Shown in pieces: positions 47,242 through 57,715 of a DNA stretch of 64,000 nucleotides. Source of the DNA: Treponemataceae bacterium (GTDB lineage Bacteria > Spirochaetota > Spirochaetia > Treponematales > Rectinemataceae). The translations under genes and the position numbers were made by a program. How positions within the stretch are numbered: position 1 is the first letter of the stretch; each line of letters starts with the position of its first letter. The stretch covers positions 1,120,001 to 1,184,000 of the forward strand of contig CAXXVZ010000003.1 of the NCBI GenBank assembly GCA_963678065.2, written 5' to 3'. Under the pieces are notes generated by a model. That model ran no database searches. It was not told where the DNA came from and saw only the letters and a program-made list of their open reading frames with translations.

Positions 47242-48521
47242 TCAATCTCCACGCTCAGTTTTCCAAGCAATTCCGCCATGTGCCCTTGGGCATCCAGGCG
47301 GTCGTCCAGTCTGGCTATGATGTAGCCCAGCACCCAGGAACGATAATCGTATGGTGGCAGGATTATCGGATGGCCAGGCACGCAGAACAATCCGACTTCC
47401 TTCACCCGCGGATCACGTTTCAGCTCCTCCGTATCGATCCTGCGCAGGATTCCGCTCCGTCCGGCAATGATGCGTATGCCGAGATACGGGTCAGTTTGAC
47501 CGGGCCATGCCGGAATGACAGGGCGCGATCGGGCGAAATCGAGGTTCAGAAGAATGATATCGAGCTGACGGGCGACGCGAAGGAGCTGCGGCAGACAGTC
47601 GCCGCCCGGCCGCGGCGCCAGCTCCAGGAGAACCATCTGATGATCCTGAACGATGAAATCCAGCATGCAGATTCCCCGCGAAATCCCGAGGCTGCGGGCG
47701 CTCAGGCTGAGGACCCCTGCAAATTTATCAAAAAGTATGCCCTCCGGCGGCCCGGAACACAGAAGGTAGCCTTCAGTTGTGCCGAAGGGCCGGTCTTCCC
47801 CGCAGATTTTTCGCGTGAGGCGGATTGGCGCGACCGCGTCCCCGTCGACGATAAAATCGCAGCTGTATTCGGGGCCGCGGATCAGCTCTTCGGCAAGGAG
47901 CAATTCTGTCGCCGGTCCATTCCTGCTGTAAAGCCGGTCGGAGCCGCGCTCATACAGCCCTTGGAGAACGAGATCATACCGGCTCTGGCATTCAAGGGGC
48001 GACGTGCAGCGGAAGACGAGCTCGCTGCCGCTGCCGCACAGGGGCTTGAGCACCACGGGATGGGCGAGTTTCCGATGGAAATCGACGAGCTTGTCCGCGG
48101 AGTGGATCACCCGGACTTCGGGACAGGAAAGAGCGTTCTCTTTCCAGAGCTTTTTCGAGACATATTTGTCCCGGCACCTGCGTATGGACTCGACGGAGGC
48201 GCAGGGCAATCCGTACCGCTCGGCGAGAAACGCCGCCAATTCCATCGACTCGCAGTCATAGACGGCGACGCCCTCGGGCTCAATCCCCCAGCGGCGCAGG
48301 TGCCCCTCGAGAAAGGCCGCTGCCTGCGCGAAATCCGAAAGATCGCAGAGCATCTCTTCGGAAGGCGCAGGACATGTCTCGCTCGCCTGGTCCCGAAGCT
48401 TCGGGTCGGTCAGGAAAATGGCAGCCCCAGGAGCCGCCTCCCGTATCCAGTCGATGTAGTCAGGTGTCGTTCCGACGACAAGAACAGCCTTGCGATTGTT
48501 TCGCCCGGACGAAGAAGGCAT
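47238..48521 (-). CDS. ATP-grasp amino-acid ligase-like protein
   Basis: RCRDKY, PVVLKPLCGSGSELV, EELIRGPEYSCD, LLELAPRPGGD. Confidence 0.85.
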   Translation of the reverse strand: MPSSSGRNNRKAVLVVGTTPDYIDWIREAAPGAAIFLTDPKLRDQASETCPAPSEEMLCDLSDFAQAAAFLEGHLRRWGIEPEGVAVYDCESMELAAFLAERYGLPCASVESIRRCRDKYVSKKLWKENALSCPEVRVIHSADKLVDFHRKLAHPVVLKPLCGSGSELVFRCTSPLECQSRYDLVLQGLYERGSDRLYSRNGPATELLLAEELIRGPEYSCDFIVDGDAVAPIRLTRKICGEDRPFGTTEGYLLCSGPPEGILFDKFAGVLSLSARSLGISRGICMLDFIVQDHQMVLLELAPRPGGDCLPQLLRVARQLDIILLNLDFARSRPVIPAWPGQTDPYLGIRIIAGRSGILRRIDTEELKRDPRVKEVGLFCVPGHPIILPPYDYRSWVLGYIIARLDDRLDAQGHMAELLGKLSVEIE

Positions 48522-48522
48522 C

Positions 48523-49458
48523 TCAATACACTCCGCGGGAGGAAGCTGTAGAAGTGTCCAGCCGGTAAAGCGGCCGGGGCTCCAGATGGAAACGCTCCTT
48601 CCACCCGAAGTCTCCACACAGGAAATCGACGAGTCTCAGCCTCTCCCGGCATGCCCGGCGTATATGGTGCATGTTGATCAGCTTGTCGATCCCCGGAAAT
48701 TCTGGGTCCGTGCCACCGGCCAGGACCGTATAGACAGAATCGTGGATTCCGCCCATATCCACCGCCGCGACTCGCCCGCCGATCATGATCGTCGTCACGA
48801 AGAGTATGCCGGAGGCGGCGAGCACTGAAGCGAGGGCTTCGAAGGCATTCAAAAAACGCTGGTCATGAAAATACGAACTCTCGCCGAAGGCGTGAAGGTT
48901 CATCTCCAGCAATTTCCCGACATCGGAGAGCCTGTCATATCGGTACGTCACACCCATAGATTCGAATCGCGCCAGTTCGCTCTCGAGGCTGCCGCGCGAT
49001 TTTCTGGAAAAACCGGCCCAATATTTCTCGAACGAGAAATCGTGTCGGACAGGGTAGTACAGATAGCCTGTTTCATCGACGACGGCATCTTCGCCGAAAG
49101 AGGAGAGCGACTCACGAGTCAGATATCGGAGCCGCATCGGTCCGGGGACATGATCGAGCAATTCCGCGGCTATGGATGGGCTGGAAACAGGGATCCGGTT
49201 CTGTTCCAGCCATGTTTCCCCCCGCCAGATCTCGCCCGGGAATTGAACGAAAGCGCCTGCTTCCTTTACCCAGCTGAGCGCCAGCAGGCCGATGGGCTTG
49301 CCGTTCTCCGACGCGGCCAGAAACGCCAGAGGATTATCAAAATATCGATGGAAACAGGCGCGGACCGGCCAGAGATCAAACAGGCTTTCCTTCGGCCAGA
49401 GCGTCTCCCAGAGAATCCGGCAGCGTTCCGGATCCGAGCAAAGCTGTACTGTGGTCAT
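48523..49458 (-). CDS. GNAT-fold (CelD/BcsL-like) acyltransferase
   Basis: FEKYWAGFSRKSR...GRVAAVD...GIDKLI...VDFLCGDFGWKERF. Confidence 0.75.
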   Translation of the reverse strand: MTTVQLCSDPERCRILWETLWPKESLFDLWPVRACFHRYFDNPLAFLAASENGKPIGLLALSWVKEAGAFVQFPGEIWRGETWLEQNRIPVSSPSIAAELLDHVPGPMRLRYLTRESLSSFGEDAVVDETGYLYYPVRHDFSFEKYWAGFSRKSRGSLESELARFESMGVTYRYDRLSDVGKLLEMNLHAFGESSYFHDQRFLNAFEALASVLAASGILFVTTIMIGGRVAAVDMGGIHDSVYTVLAGGTDPEFPGIDKLINMHHIRRACRERLRLVDFLCGDFGWKERFHLEPRPLYRLDTSTASSRGVY

Positions 49459-49533
49459 TTTCCCTTTTTATTCCATCGGCTTCGTCGATTCGATACATCG
49501 ACTATCGGAGCCGCCCTGCCCTCTGTCAATACA

Positions 49534-50823
49534 CTACTCCACCGAAGATCGGCCGGATGATGCCGGACGCAACTTTGCGGTGATGCACAGATACAGGGCG
49601 ATGGTCGCGGGGACACAAGCCAGAAGCAGCGCGGAGGCGAGTGTACCGCAGTGGAGCCATTCGGCGATTCCTACGGCCTGTACACCGAGGGCATTGCCGA
49701 TCTGCATTCCGATGAGATAGGCGATCGTCGAGTGCAGGAACATGTCCTGTCTGGAGAACTTCACGATTGACGAATAGATGCTCACATTTGCAAGGCCGAC
49801 CAGAATGCCTGAGACAAAAACGGGAACGCCCGCAAGCGGAATATTCCGTGTGGCAATACAGCCCGCCACCGCGGCGAGTGACAGCAAAAGGCCGATTGTG
49901 GCGAGAAAAGGAGTACGCTCCGGAGTATTCCGGAGCCTGGACGCCCACCAACTTCCCAGCATCGAGCCAAGGGAGGCCAGAACTCCCATCGCACTCACCA
50001 CCAGCGGACTCTCATCCAGTTTGCCGTTCTGTGCGCCCTGAAGCTGATCGGACAGGAAATACGCCGAGCCGACGAGAAGGATGGAGACAGCAACCTGCCA
50101 TGCGATCATGATTCCCGCGATGCGCCCTCCTGCTGGATCGTTTTCCGGGATTCCACCTGTTTCCGGAATATCGACACTCCGTTTTCTGTCGAGGCCGAAG
50201 CGCGCGAAGCCCGCCGCGAGAAATCCCACAACCGCATTGAACAGGAAGAACCACCGCCAACCGGCCTGCCCGGCTTGCGCAAAAAGTCCGCCAAGCACGG
50301 GACCGGCAAGGTCTCCGAGGGCGGCCCCGGTCTCACCCCATGCGAGTGGCCGGGCGATGCGATGCCGATGATGGACACTCACCGTCCAGAGTTGACCGAC
50401 AAAAGAAAATGCCGCGCCGGATCCCGTGAACATCCGTCCCGCAAAAAAAGCAAAAGGGTTGGGGGCGATGAAGCAGGCGATATTGCCGACGACGAAGACT
50501 GTGAGTCCTGTCAGGAATACTGATCGGGGAGAGAAAACCCGGCCGATCCAGCGATGAAAAACGAGGGCCAAGACGAGCACCGCGAACATCGGGTACAGAT
50601 AACTGGTGATGACATAGCCCGAAAGCTCTTCGCGGAGCCCCAGATTCTTCGTGATATGGTCATGGGCAACGATCGCCGCGGTCACATCGAGGGACGCGAA
50701 GGCATCGGTGAGAAAAAAAGCCATGTCATACAGGCGGTCTTGCGGAAGTAATCGCTGCGCACGGGTTTTTACCATGACAACTGCAGGCCTCCACATCGCG
50801 CGCGCCATGATGCACGCCCCCAC
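49534..50823 (-). CDS. MFS transporter (start uncertain)
   Basis: About 12 hydrophobic segments, FFAGRMFTG, AGPVLGG, WRWFFLFN (DHA2-like). Confidence 0.82.
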   Translation of the reverse strand: MGACIMARAMWRPAVVMVKTRAQRLLPQDRLYDMAFFLTDAFASLDVTAAIVAHDHITKNLGLREELSGYVITSYLYPMFAVLVLALVFHRWIGRVFSPRSVFLTGLTVFVVGNIACFIAPNPFAFFAGRMFTGSGAAFSFVGQLWTVSVHHRHRIARPLAWGETGAALGDLAGPVLGGLFAQAGQAGWRWFFLFNAVVGFLAAGFARFGLDRKRSVDIPETGGIPENDPAGGRIAGIMIAWQVAVSILLVGSAYFLSDQLQGAQNGKLDESPLVVSAMGVLASLGSMLGSWWASRLRNTPERTPFLATIGLLLSLAAVAGCIATRNIPLAGVPVFVSGILVGLANVSIYSSIVKFSRQDMFLHSTIAYLIGMQIGNALGVQAVGIAEWLHCGTLASALLLACVPATIALYLCITAKLRPASSGRSSVE

Positions 50824-50972
50824 CGTTTCGCGTAAGCGGCTTGCCCTAGCAGAATTTCACACCCTCACTCCGGCGTCAACAGCGCCCGGACCCGAAAGGC
50901 CTGCCTTTCAACTCTGCGCTGCAGTTCCGGGCATCAGCAGCCCCTCAAGGCCGGTCTCACGTATTCCTGTCA

Positions 50973-51830
50973 TCAGCCCTTCAATCCTGTCGTGCTGATG
51001 CCCTGCACGATGTATTTGTTGAAAAACACGAAGAGGAGGAATATCGGCACGAGGGAGAGGGTCGACATCGCGAAGAGCTGGCCGTAGTCGGTCTGCGAGC
51101 TCGAGTCGATGAAGGCGCGCAGGGCGAGGGAGACCGTGAAGGATTTCGGCCGCGAGAGGTACAGAAGCGGTTCCAGGAAGTCGTTCCACTTCCAGTAGGA
51201 GGCGATGACGGCCGTCGATATCAGGGCGGGCTTCGCGAGGGGCAGGATTATATAGGCGAATACACCGTACATGCTGCAGCCGTCGATGATGGCCGACTCG
51301 TCGAGCTCAATGGGGAGGGTCCTGATGAACTGGACATTGAGAAAGATGAAAAAGGCCGACATGGCGAACCAGGAGGGCACGATGAGCGGCAGGAAGGTGT
51401 TTATCCACCTGAGCTTCTGGAAGAGAATGTAGCGCGGTATCACGAGGATCTCTCCGGGAAGGAGCATGGTCCCCAGCATGAGGGCGAACCAGAGCTTGCT
51501 CCCCCTGAACTTCACCCGCGCGAAGCCGAAGGAGACGACGGAGCAGGAGAGGACGGTCCCTATGGTCGACAGGACGGTGACGACGGTGGAATTCCAGAAA
51601 AAGGTCCCGAAACTGTTGCTGCCGAAGCCTTTCCATCCCTGGGTATAGTTCGAGAGCATGAAAGTCTGCGGAAGGAGCCTGTACTTGTCGAGGGCGAGAA
51701 TCTCGGTGTTGGCCTTGAAGGAGCCGAGAACGAGCCACAGGAGGGGATACAGGAGGATGAAGCAGGAGGCGATGACGAGGACGTGGTAGCCCGCGCGGAG
51801 TGCGCGCTTCCGGACGCGTGGGACGTTCAT
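50973..51830 (-). CDS. carbohydrate ABC transporter permease
   Basis: YPLLW, FARVKFRG, EAA-like LDESAIIDG, WNDFLEPLLY. Confidence 0.93.
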   Translation of the reverse strand: MNVPRVRKRALRAGYHVLVIASCFILLYPLLWLVLGSFKANTEILALDKYRLLPQTFMLSNYTQGWKGFGSNSFGTFFWNSTVVTVLSTIGTVLSCSVVSFGFARVKFRGSKLWFALMLGTMLLPGEILVIPRYILFQKLRWINTFLPLIVPSWFAMSAFFIFLNVQFIRTLPIELDESAIIDGCSMYGVFAYIILPLAKPALISTAVIASYWKWNDFLEPLLYLSRPKSFTVSLALRAFIDSSSQTDYGQLFAMSTLSLVPIFLLFVFFNKYIVQGISTTGLKG

Positions 51831-52759
51831 TCCTTCACCTCGTAGTGCACCCAGAGCGAGGATGACTTGAAGATGAGGGCCGTCACCGCGCCCACGACGA
51901 TGAGGAGTACCCAGGCCATCGCGCTCGAGTAGCCCATCTCGAACCACTGGAAGGCGCGCAGATACATGTAGAGGACATAGAGCAGAGTCGAATCCAGCGG
52001 CCCTCCGGGCGTGGCCGTGGGCCCCGCCGAGGTGATTATGTAGGCGCTCGTGAAGGACATGAAGCTCGATATGAGCATCATGATGAGGTTGAAGAAGATG
52101 ATGGGCGTGAGGAGCGGCAGGGTTATCGAGAAGAACCTGCGCAGGCCGGAGGCCCCGTCTATCTTGGCCGCCTCGTAGTAGGTCTCGGGGATCTGCTTGA
52201 GCCCGGCCACGAAGATCAGCATGGATGAGCCGAACTGCCAGACATTGAGGGTTATGAGCACCCAGATCGCCGAACGCGGATCGCTTATCCAGGAAATCCC
52301 TGAGCCGAGCCCCAGAGCCTTGATGATGGAATTGATAGCCCCGTTCAGGCCGAAGAGCTCCTTCCAGAGCACCGCGACCACGACGGAGCCGCCGATGAGG
52401 GAGGGCAGGTAGAAGAGGGAGCGGTAGAGCCCCGCCGGCTTCGTGTCCTTGTCGAGGAGAATCGCGACGAGGAGGGCGAAAGCCAGTCTCAGGGGCACCG
52501 CGGCGACGACGAAGAAGAGGGTGACCGAGACCGATTTCCAGAAGCGCTCGTCGCCGCCGAACATACGGGTAAAGTTGTCGAATCCGATCCAGACCGGCGC
52601 CGAAACCACTTTGTAGGACGTGAATGAGAGATACAGGGATCCCAGCATCGGTACGACCTGGAAAGCGAAAAAGCCGATAAGCCAAGGCAGGATGAAGACA
52701 TAGCCGACGACGTTGCGCCGGTAAATCCAGGCCGTCTTTCCGGGGGTTTTCGGTGTCAT
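51827..52759 (-). CDS. carbohydrate ABC transporter permease
   Basis: FILPWLIGF, YRSLFYLPS, YYEAAKIDGA, MGYSSAMAW. Confidence 0.93.
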   Translation of the reverse strand: MTPKTPGKTAWIYRRNVVGYVFILPWLIGFFAFQVVPMLGSLYLSFTSYKVVSAPVWIGFDNFTRMFGGDERFWKSVSVTLFFVVAAVPLRLAFALLVAILLDKDTKPAGLYRSLFYLPSLIGGSVVVAVLWKELFGLNGAINSIIKALGLGSGISWISDPRSAIWVLITLNVWQFGSSMLIFVAGLKQIPETYYEAAKIDGASGLRRFFSITLPLLTPIIFFNLIMMLISSFMSFTSAYIITSAGPTATPGGPLDSTLLYVLYMYLRAFQWFEMGYSSAMAWVLLIVVGAVTALIFKSSSLWVHYEVKE

Positions 52760-52907
52760 TGGGTTCTCCGGTTCCGGATTCGGATTTAAAACCACCTTTC
52801 TCCCGCGCCTCTCGTCCGGATCGGCATTCGGGAAAAAGGCGGCATCGGACTGGCGGCCGCGCTCCGGAGCGCTTCGCTCCGGAGCCGGGCATCGGGGTTT
52901 GTCCCCC

Positions 52908-54185
52908 TTATTTCCTTCCGAGGACCTTGGTCGCGTCCGTGCGGAACTTCGCGGCCGCTTCGGCGGGCGTGATCTTGTCGTAGAGCACCTGCTCGCCGAG
53001 CTTGCGGAGGATATCCTCGACTTCAAGCTCTGCGAGCGGCTCGATGGGCTGATCCTTGGACGCGATCTTTCCGACCCTGTCCATGAAATCGAAGGTGAGT
53101 GCGACCGTGGCCGGAACGAGGGGTTTCACGGTGTCGCGGACGTTGGACATGATGGGGATGCCGCGCTCGCCCTGGAGAACCTTGTTGGCCTCGAGGTCGC
53201 CGACGATGTAGTTGATGACCTTCGCGCCCTCGAGCTTGTTCTTCGAATACTTGGAGAGAACGAGGTGCTGGGAAGCCCGCACGTACATGCCGGAGGGTCC
53301 GTTCGCGCTGATCTTGGGAACCATCGCGAGCTTGAGGGGACGGTTCGCAGCGGTGAAGAGGGCGGCGACCTGGTTCGACCAGGCGAAGGTCATCGCGGCC
53401 TTGCCGGAGACGATGTACTCGCCCTGGATGTCCTTGACGGCCGCGACTTCCGCTGGATTGGGGTGGAGTCCTTCCTTTACAAAGCGTCTCTTCAGCTCGA
53501 ACCAGTTCTGGAGGTACTTGTCGTCTGAGTAACCGAGGGCAGTTCCCGCGTCGTTGTACACGTCCTGGGTCGTGGAGTTCTGGCCGATGTAGTACCAGCC
53601 GCCGATCGACCAGTCATCCATGCCATTCACGCCGAAAATGCCGAGCTTGGACTTGAAAACCGCAGATGCCTTCTCGAGGTCTGCCCAGGTCCAGGCGTCG
53701 GTGGGCTCGGCGACGCCCGCTTTCTTGAAGAGCTCGGGGTCGTAGACGAGGGCCATGGAGTTGGTGCCGAGGCTGATGCCGAGGATCTTTCCGCCGATCT
53801 TGCCGGAGGAGAGGAAGCTCGCGTTGGTGTACTTGACGTTGATCGTGCCATCCTTGATGTAGTCGTCGAGAGGGGCGAGGTGATCTTTGTAGGTCAGGAA
53901 GTTGTTGCCCATCTGGAAGACATCGGGAAGGTCGCCAGCCGCGATGAGGGTGTTGAGCTTCTCGAAGTACTGGCCGCCGCCCGTATACTCGGGGGCGAAC
54001 TTGATCTGGGGATTGGCCGCCTGATACATGTCGAGGACCTTGAGCGTCCTGTCGTGCCTGACCTGCGACCCCCACCAGAAAATGCGCAGGTCGACGTTCT
54101 TCTGGGCCGAGGCGCCCAGGATCGTCGCCGCCGCGAAGAGTACGAGAAGAAAAGCGCGTGCGAATGCCGTATTCCGTGATTTCAT
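52908..54185 (-). CDS. carbohydrate ABC transporter substrate-binding protein
   Basis: Signal peptide, FWWGSQVRH, AAGDLPDV, WTWADL, ERGIP. Confidence 0.92.
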   Translation of the reverse strand: MKSRNTAFARAFLLVLFAAATILGASAQKNVDLRIFWWGSQVRHDRTLKVLDMYQAANPQIKFAPEYTGGGQYFEKLNTLIAAGDLPDVFQMGNNFLTYKDHLAPLDDYIKDGTINVKYTNASFLSSGKIGGKILGISLGTNSMALVYDPELFKKAGVAEPTDAWTWADLEKASAVFKSKLGIFGVNGMDDWSIGGWYYIGQNSTTQDVYNDAGTALGYSDDKYLQNWFELKRRFVKEGLHPNPAEVAAVKDIQGEYIVSGKAAMTFAWSNQVAALFTAANRPLKLAMVPKISANGPSGMYVRASQHLVLSKYSKNKLEGAKVINYIVGDLEANKVLQGERGIPIMSNVRDTVKPLVPATVALTFDFMDRVGKIASKDQPIEPLAELEVEDILRKLGEQVLYDKITPAEAAAKFRTDATKVLGRK

Positions 54186-54217
54186 GTCGTAAGACCTCCT
54201 GTCTGCTTGCGAATTTT

Positions 54218-54246
54218 AGTGTAGGAGCACTATCCGCAGCTGTCAA
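54218..54246 (-). promoter_or_regulatory. sigma70 promoter of the sugar ABC operon
   Basis: Minus strand TTGACA-N17-TACACT next to an AT-rich intergenic tract. Confidence 0.7.
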
Positions 54247-54438
54247 GAAAAAAGAAAAATATTAAAAAATAAAAGAATATATAAGCAAGGATTTTTCTTC
54301 CTGTATTTTTCGAATTGACAACATATCGAAAGACATGACAGACTCGTGGGCAGGCTTGAAAGTACGGGTCGACGTGAGCCCATCCCATCCGGGATCGGGC
54401 GGAAAAGGTGATCACTCCACGAGCCTGAGAGGTAGCCC

Positions 54439-55962
54439 ATGCCCCAGCCCGAAGCCCCTTCCCTTCCCGCCCGCATAGCCCGATGGTCGGTCTTCGAATC
54501 CCGTCACGCGGGCCCCTCGGCAGGAAATCCCTTCGTCGATGTCGATTTCCGGGCGGTTTTCCGCCATGGCAACAGGCGCATCCCCGTTACGGGATTCTAC
54601 GACGGAGAAGGAGTCTACGTTCTCCGCGTCATGCCCGACGCGACGGGCGGATGGAGCTACGAGACTTCGAGCGGCGCGCGGGAACTGGATGGCCTTTGTG
54701 GCTCTTTCGTCTGTGTCGACGCGGAAAAAGGGGTTCACGGTCCCGTCCGCCTCGGGAAAAAGTTCCATTTCGCGTATGAAGACGGCACGATCTACCGCCC
54801 CTTCGGCACGACGGCCTACGCCTGGACGAGCCAGGAAGCGGAGTTGGAAGAAAAAACCCTCGCCACCCTCGCCGCCTCGCCCTTCAACAAAATGCGAATG
54901 TGTGTCTTTCCCAAGCACTACGACTACAACGAGAACGAGCCGCCGCTCTACGCCTTCGAGCCCCTCTCCGATGCTTCGGCCCCGGCAGTCTGGACCGCCT
55001 CCGATGGCGCGGGCAACAAGCTCTCCGGCACGGCAGCCTTCAGGTGGGACTTCAGCCGCCTCAATCCGGCCTTCTTCCGCCACCTCGAGAAGAGAGTGGC
55101 CGAACTGGGCGAGCTCGGCATCGAGGCCGACCTCATCCTCTTCCACCCCTACGACCGCTGGGGCTTCTCCGACATGGGCCGCGAGGCCGACGAGCGCTAC
55201 CTCGGATACCTCGTCGCGAGGCTCGCCGCGTACAGGAATGTCTGGTGGTCCATGGCCAACGAGTACGACCTCATGCCCTGGAAGAGCATGGACGACTGGG
55301 ACAACCTTTTCCGCTTCCTGCAGAGCCGGGATCCGCACGACCACCTACGCTCGATCCACAACTGCCGCCCCTTCTACGACCACGGAAAGCCCTGGATCAC
55401 CCACTGCTCGGTCCAGCACAACGACGTCTCCCTCGCCACCGACTGGCGCAAGCTCTACGGAAAACCTGTCGTGATCGACGAGTGCCGCTACGAGGGCAAC
55501 CTGCCCCGGCGCTGGGGCAACATCACGGGCCAGGAGATGACAAACCGCTTCTGGGAAGGATTCGCCCGCGGAACCTACGTCGGACACGGCGAGACCTTCC
55601 TCTCCCCTGACGATGTCATCTGGTGGGCCAAGGGCGGAAGCCTGCGCGGAGAGAGCGTCGCGCGCATCGCCTTCCTCCGGAAGATACTCGAGGAAGGCCC
55701 GCCTGCGGGACTCGAGACCGCAAATCTCGGAAGCAATGCCCACGCCGTATCGGGTGTGGACGGGAACTACTTCCTCGTCTTCTACGGCATGGCCCAGCCC
55801 GCCTACCAGACCCTCAGCCTCCCGGAGGGAAGCTTCGAGGTCGACATCATCGACGTCTGGAACATGACCGTGACCCCTGCCCCCGGCCTGTATTCGGGCG
55901 AATGCCGCGTCGAACTGCCGGGGACCGTCCTCATGGCACTCAGGATAACGAGGCGCGGCTGA
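54439..55962 (+). CDS. DUF5060/DUF4038/DUF5605-type putative glycoside hydrolase
   Basis: GNPF, GFYDG, GTTAYAW, PFNKMRMCVFPK, ILFHPYDRW, WWSMANEYD, DECRYEG, GHGET. Confidence 0.78.
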   Translation: MPQPEAPSLPARIARWSVFESRHAGPSAGNPFVDVDFRAVFRHGNRRIPVTGFYDGEGVYVLRVMPDATGGWSYETSSGARELDGLCGSFVCVDAEKGVHGPVRLGKKFHFAYEDGTIYRPFGTTAYAWTSQEAELEEKTLATLAASPFNKMRMCVFPKHYDYNENEPPLYAFEPLSDASAPAVWTASDGAGNKLSGTAAFRWDFSRLNPAFFRHLEKRVAELGELGIEADLILFHPYDRWGFSDMGREADERYLGYLVARLAAYRNVWWSMANEYDLMPWKSMDDWDNLFRFLQSRDPHDHLRSIHNCRPFYDHGKPWITHCSVQHNDVSLATDWRKLYGKPVVIDECRYEGNLPRRWGNITGQEMTNRFWEGFARGTYVGHGETFLSPDDVIWWAKGGSLRGESVARIAFLRKILEEGPPAGLETANLGSNAHAVSGVDGNYFLVFYGMAQPAYQTLSLPEGSFEVDIIDVWNMTVTPAPGLYSGECRVELPGTVLMALRITRRG

Positions 55963-55988
55963 CTTGAGGAAAAGCGGGAGGCTTCGAA

Positions 55989-56738
55989 ATGCCGGATAGG
56001 CCATCATCTTCCGGAAATACCCGAAACGCCTCGGGAGAGGGCCCCGGCCAGCGGCTCTTCCTCGCCTTCAACCTTCCACCGCGCGCCGCGGAGCACCTCG
56101 AAAGCCTGGCCGCATCGTGGGCCGCCGACTATCGCAAAGGGCGCGGGGGAAGCGGGAAAAATGGAGCCGATTATTCCGCGATAAGCGTCGCCCTGGTTCC
56201 GCGACAAAACCTCCATATCACCCTGCATTTTCTCGGGAATGTCGACGCGGCCATGGAGGCGGAACTCCGGAACGGACTGCGTCGGATTGTGACAGATTTC
56301 GCGCCCCTGTCATTCGATACAGGTCGCGTCCTCTGCTTCCCGGGCCCCCGCGATCCGCGCATCCTCGCCCTCGAGTGCCTGCCCGGGGAAGGAGGAAAAG
56401 CCCGCGAACTCGCGCTGTCCTCTGCCCGCCTCCTTGCCGACCTGGGGATACCGGTGGATCGCCGCCCCTGGCGGCCCCACGTCACCCTCGCCCGATTCCG
56501 CGCGGAAAATGAGGCCGGCCGGCTCTTACGGAATGGCAAAGAGCGGAGCGCCGCGGACGCTGCCGGCCGGGAAGATCGCCCGGGAGCGCGGAACGCATTC
56601 CCGAAAAGCGTCTCCTTCAGGGCCGCATCCCTCGACCTCATGCTCTCCCTCCTCTCTCCGGCGGGAGCCAGATACGAAGTCGTGGAGCGCTTCCCTTTCG
56701 GGGGAGGAAAAATCCCGGCGCAATCTGACGATCCATAA
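55989..56738 (+). CDS. thpR: RNA 2',3'-cyclic phosphodiesterase (2H phosphoesterase)
   Basis: RLFLA, two HxT motifs (LHITLHFLG, PHVTLAR), ARYEVV. Confidence 0.87.
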   Translation: MPDRPSSSGNTRNASGEGPGQRLFLAFNLPPRAAEHLESLAASWAADYRKGRGGSGKNGADYSAISVALVPRQNLHITLHFLGNVDAAMEAELRNGLRRIVTDFAPLSFDTGRVLCFPGPRDPRILALECLPGEGGKARELALSSARLLADLGIPVDRRPWRPHVTLARFRAENEAGRLLRNGKERSAADAAGREDRPGARNAFPKSVSFRAASLDLMLSLLSPAGARYEVVERFPFGGGKIPAQSDDP

Positions 56739-56750
56739 AGCTCAGCCGAT

Positions 56751-57353
56751 TCAGGATCCCCGGCGTTCCTCGAGACCGACAATGAGGTCGACCTCGGCGA
56801 CACTCAGACCCAGGCGCGCGGCTATGACTTCGGATGTGAAACCGGCGCGGTAGAGGTCGAGAGCCTCCGTCTTCGGGGATTTTCCATGCTGCGCAGGTCC
56901 CGCCGATTCGGCTCCACCGCGAGTGAGGGTTCGACCGGGGGAACGTCCGAGGGCGAGGACGATGGGGAGAGCTGCCCCCTCATCCGGAATCGTGGCCGCG
57001 GTCGCGGCTGCGGTCGCAGATGCGCCGGGAACGCCCCTGCCGCTCTCTCCTGCCCCGTCGTCCGGACGCAGCTCCGGAACGGCGGCCGATCCCCGGGCAG
57101 GCGCGCCGGGCTGGGTGCCGCGAGACTGGGCCTCGTCGAGAAGATCCCGCATGACGGCGATCCTGTCTTCGAGGAGGCCAATGTTGCGCTCGCTGACCTC
57201 TCCGAAATCGACGGCGAGAGCCTCAACCTCGTCGCGAAGCGCGCAGAGCCGCCCCTCGAGTCCCGCAAGCTTCTCGAGCCTCGCCCGGAAGACGAAAAAC
57301 AGGGTGATAAAACCCGCGATCTGGATCGCGGCGAACAAGACTATCGTGGCCAT
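56751..57353 (-). CDS. membrane-anchored coiled-coil protein with C-terminal HTH (flagellar-region hypothetical)
   Basis: N-terminal TM, coiled coil (ERNIGLLEDRI), C-terminal GFTSEVIAARLGLSVAEVDLI. Confidence 0.65.
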   Translation of the reverse strand: MATIVLFAAIQIAGFITLFFVFRARLEKLAGLEGRLCALRDEVEALAVDFGEVSERNIGLLEDRIAVMRDLLDEAQSRGTQPGAPARGSAAVPELRPDDGAGESGRGVPGASATAAATAATIPDEGAALPIVLALGRSPGRTLTRGGAESAGPAQHGKSPKTEALDLYRAGFTSEVIAARLGLSVAEVDLIVGLEERRGS

Positions 57354-57357
57354 GACT

Positions 57358-57708
57358 TCAGCCCCGGAGGTCGAGCCGGGCACCGGCCTTTTCTTTCAGG
57401 ATATTCGGCTCCCGCGCGGCGGCCTTGTCCGGAGACATGGCTCTGGGCGCGGGCTTCAGAATCTGGTCTTCGGGGATTCTGCGGACAGGGCGCGGCCGCG
57501 AGGGCTCGATCCCGGCCGTCGGGCCTTCGCCGTGAACGGCTTCCTCCGCCGCCCTGCTGAGAGACTTCAGGGGCGCCGCGGCCGATTTCCCCAGCCTGGT
57601 CGCCGAGACAGCGAGGGCGGACTCCTGGGAGAGAGCGATGGCGGCTGCAACCGCCCAGGGATCTGTGTTCGGATCTGAAATCCTGCCTGACGCCGGAAAG
57701 TCCGCCAT
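57358..57708 (-). CDS. hypothetical protein
   Basis: Fills the gap in the minus-strand operon after fliA; ends GARLDLRG. Confidence 0.45.
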   Translation of the reverse strand: MADFPASGRISDPNTDPWAVAAAIALSQESALAVSATRLGKSAAAPLKSLSRAAEEAVHGEGPTAGIEPSRPRPVRRIPEDQILKPAPRAMSPDKAAAREPNILKEKAGARLDLRG

Positions 57709-57715
57709 GGCGGTT

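Noticed and set aside
51831..52892. 639-aa fused ABC permease
   Set aside because: The upstream portion is an alternative frame of the neighbouring permease; two separate genes overlap at ATGA
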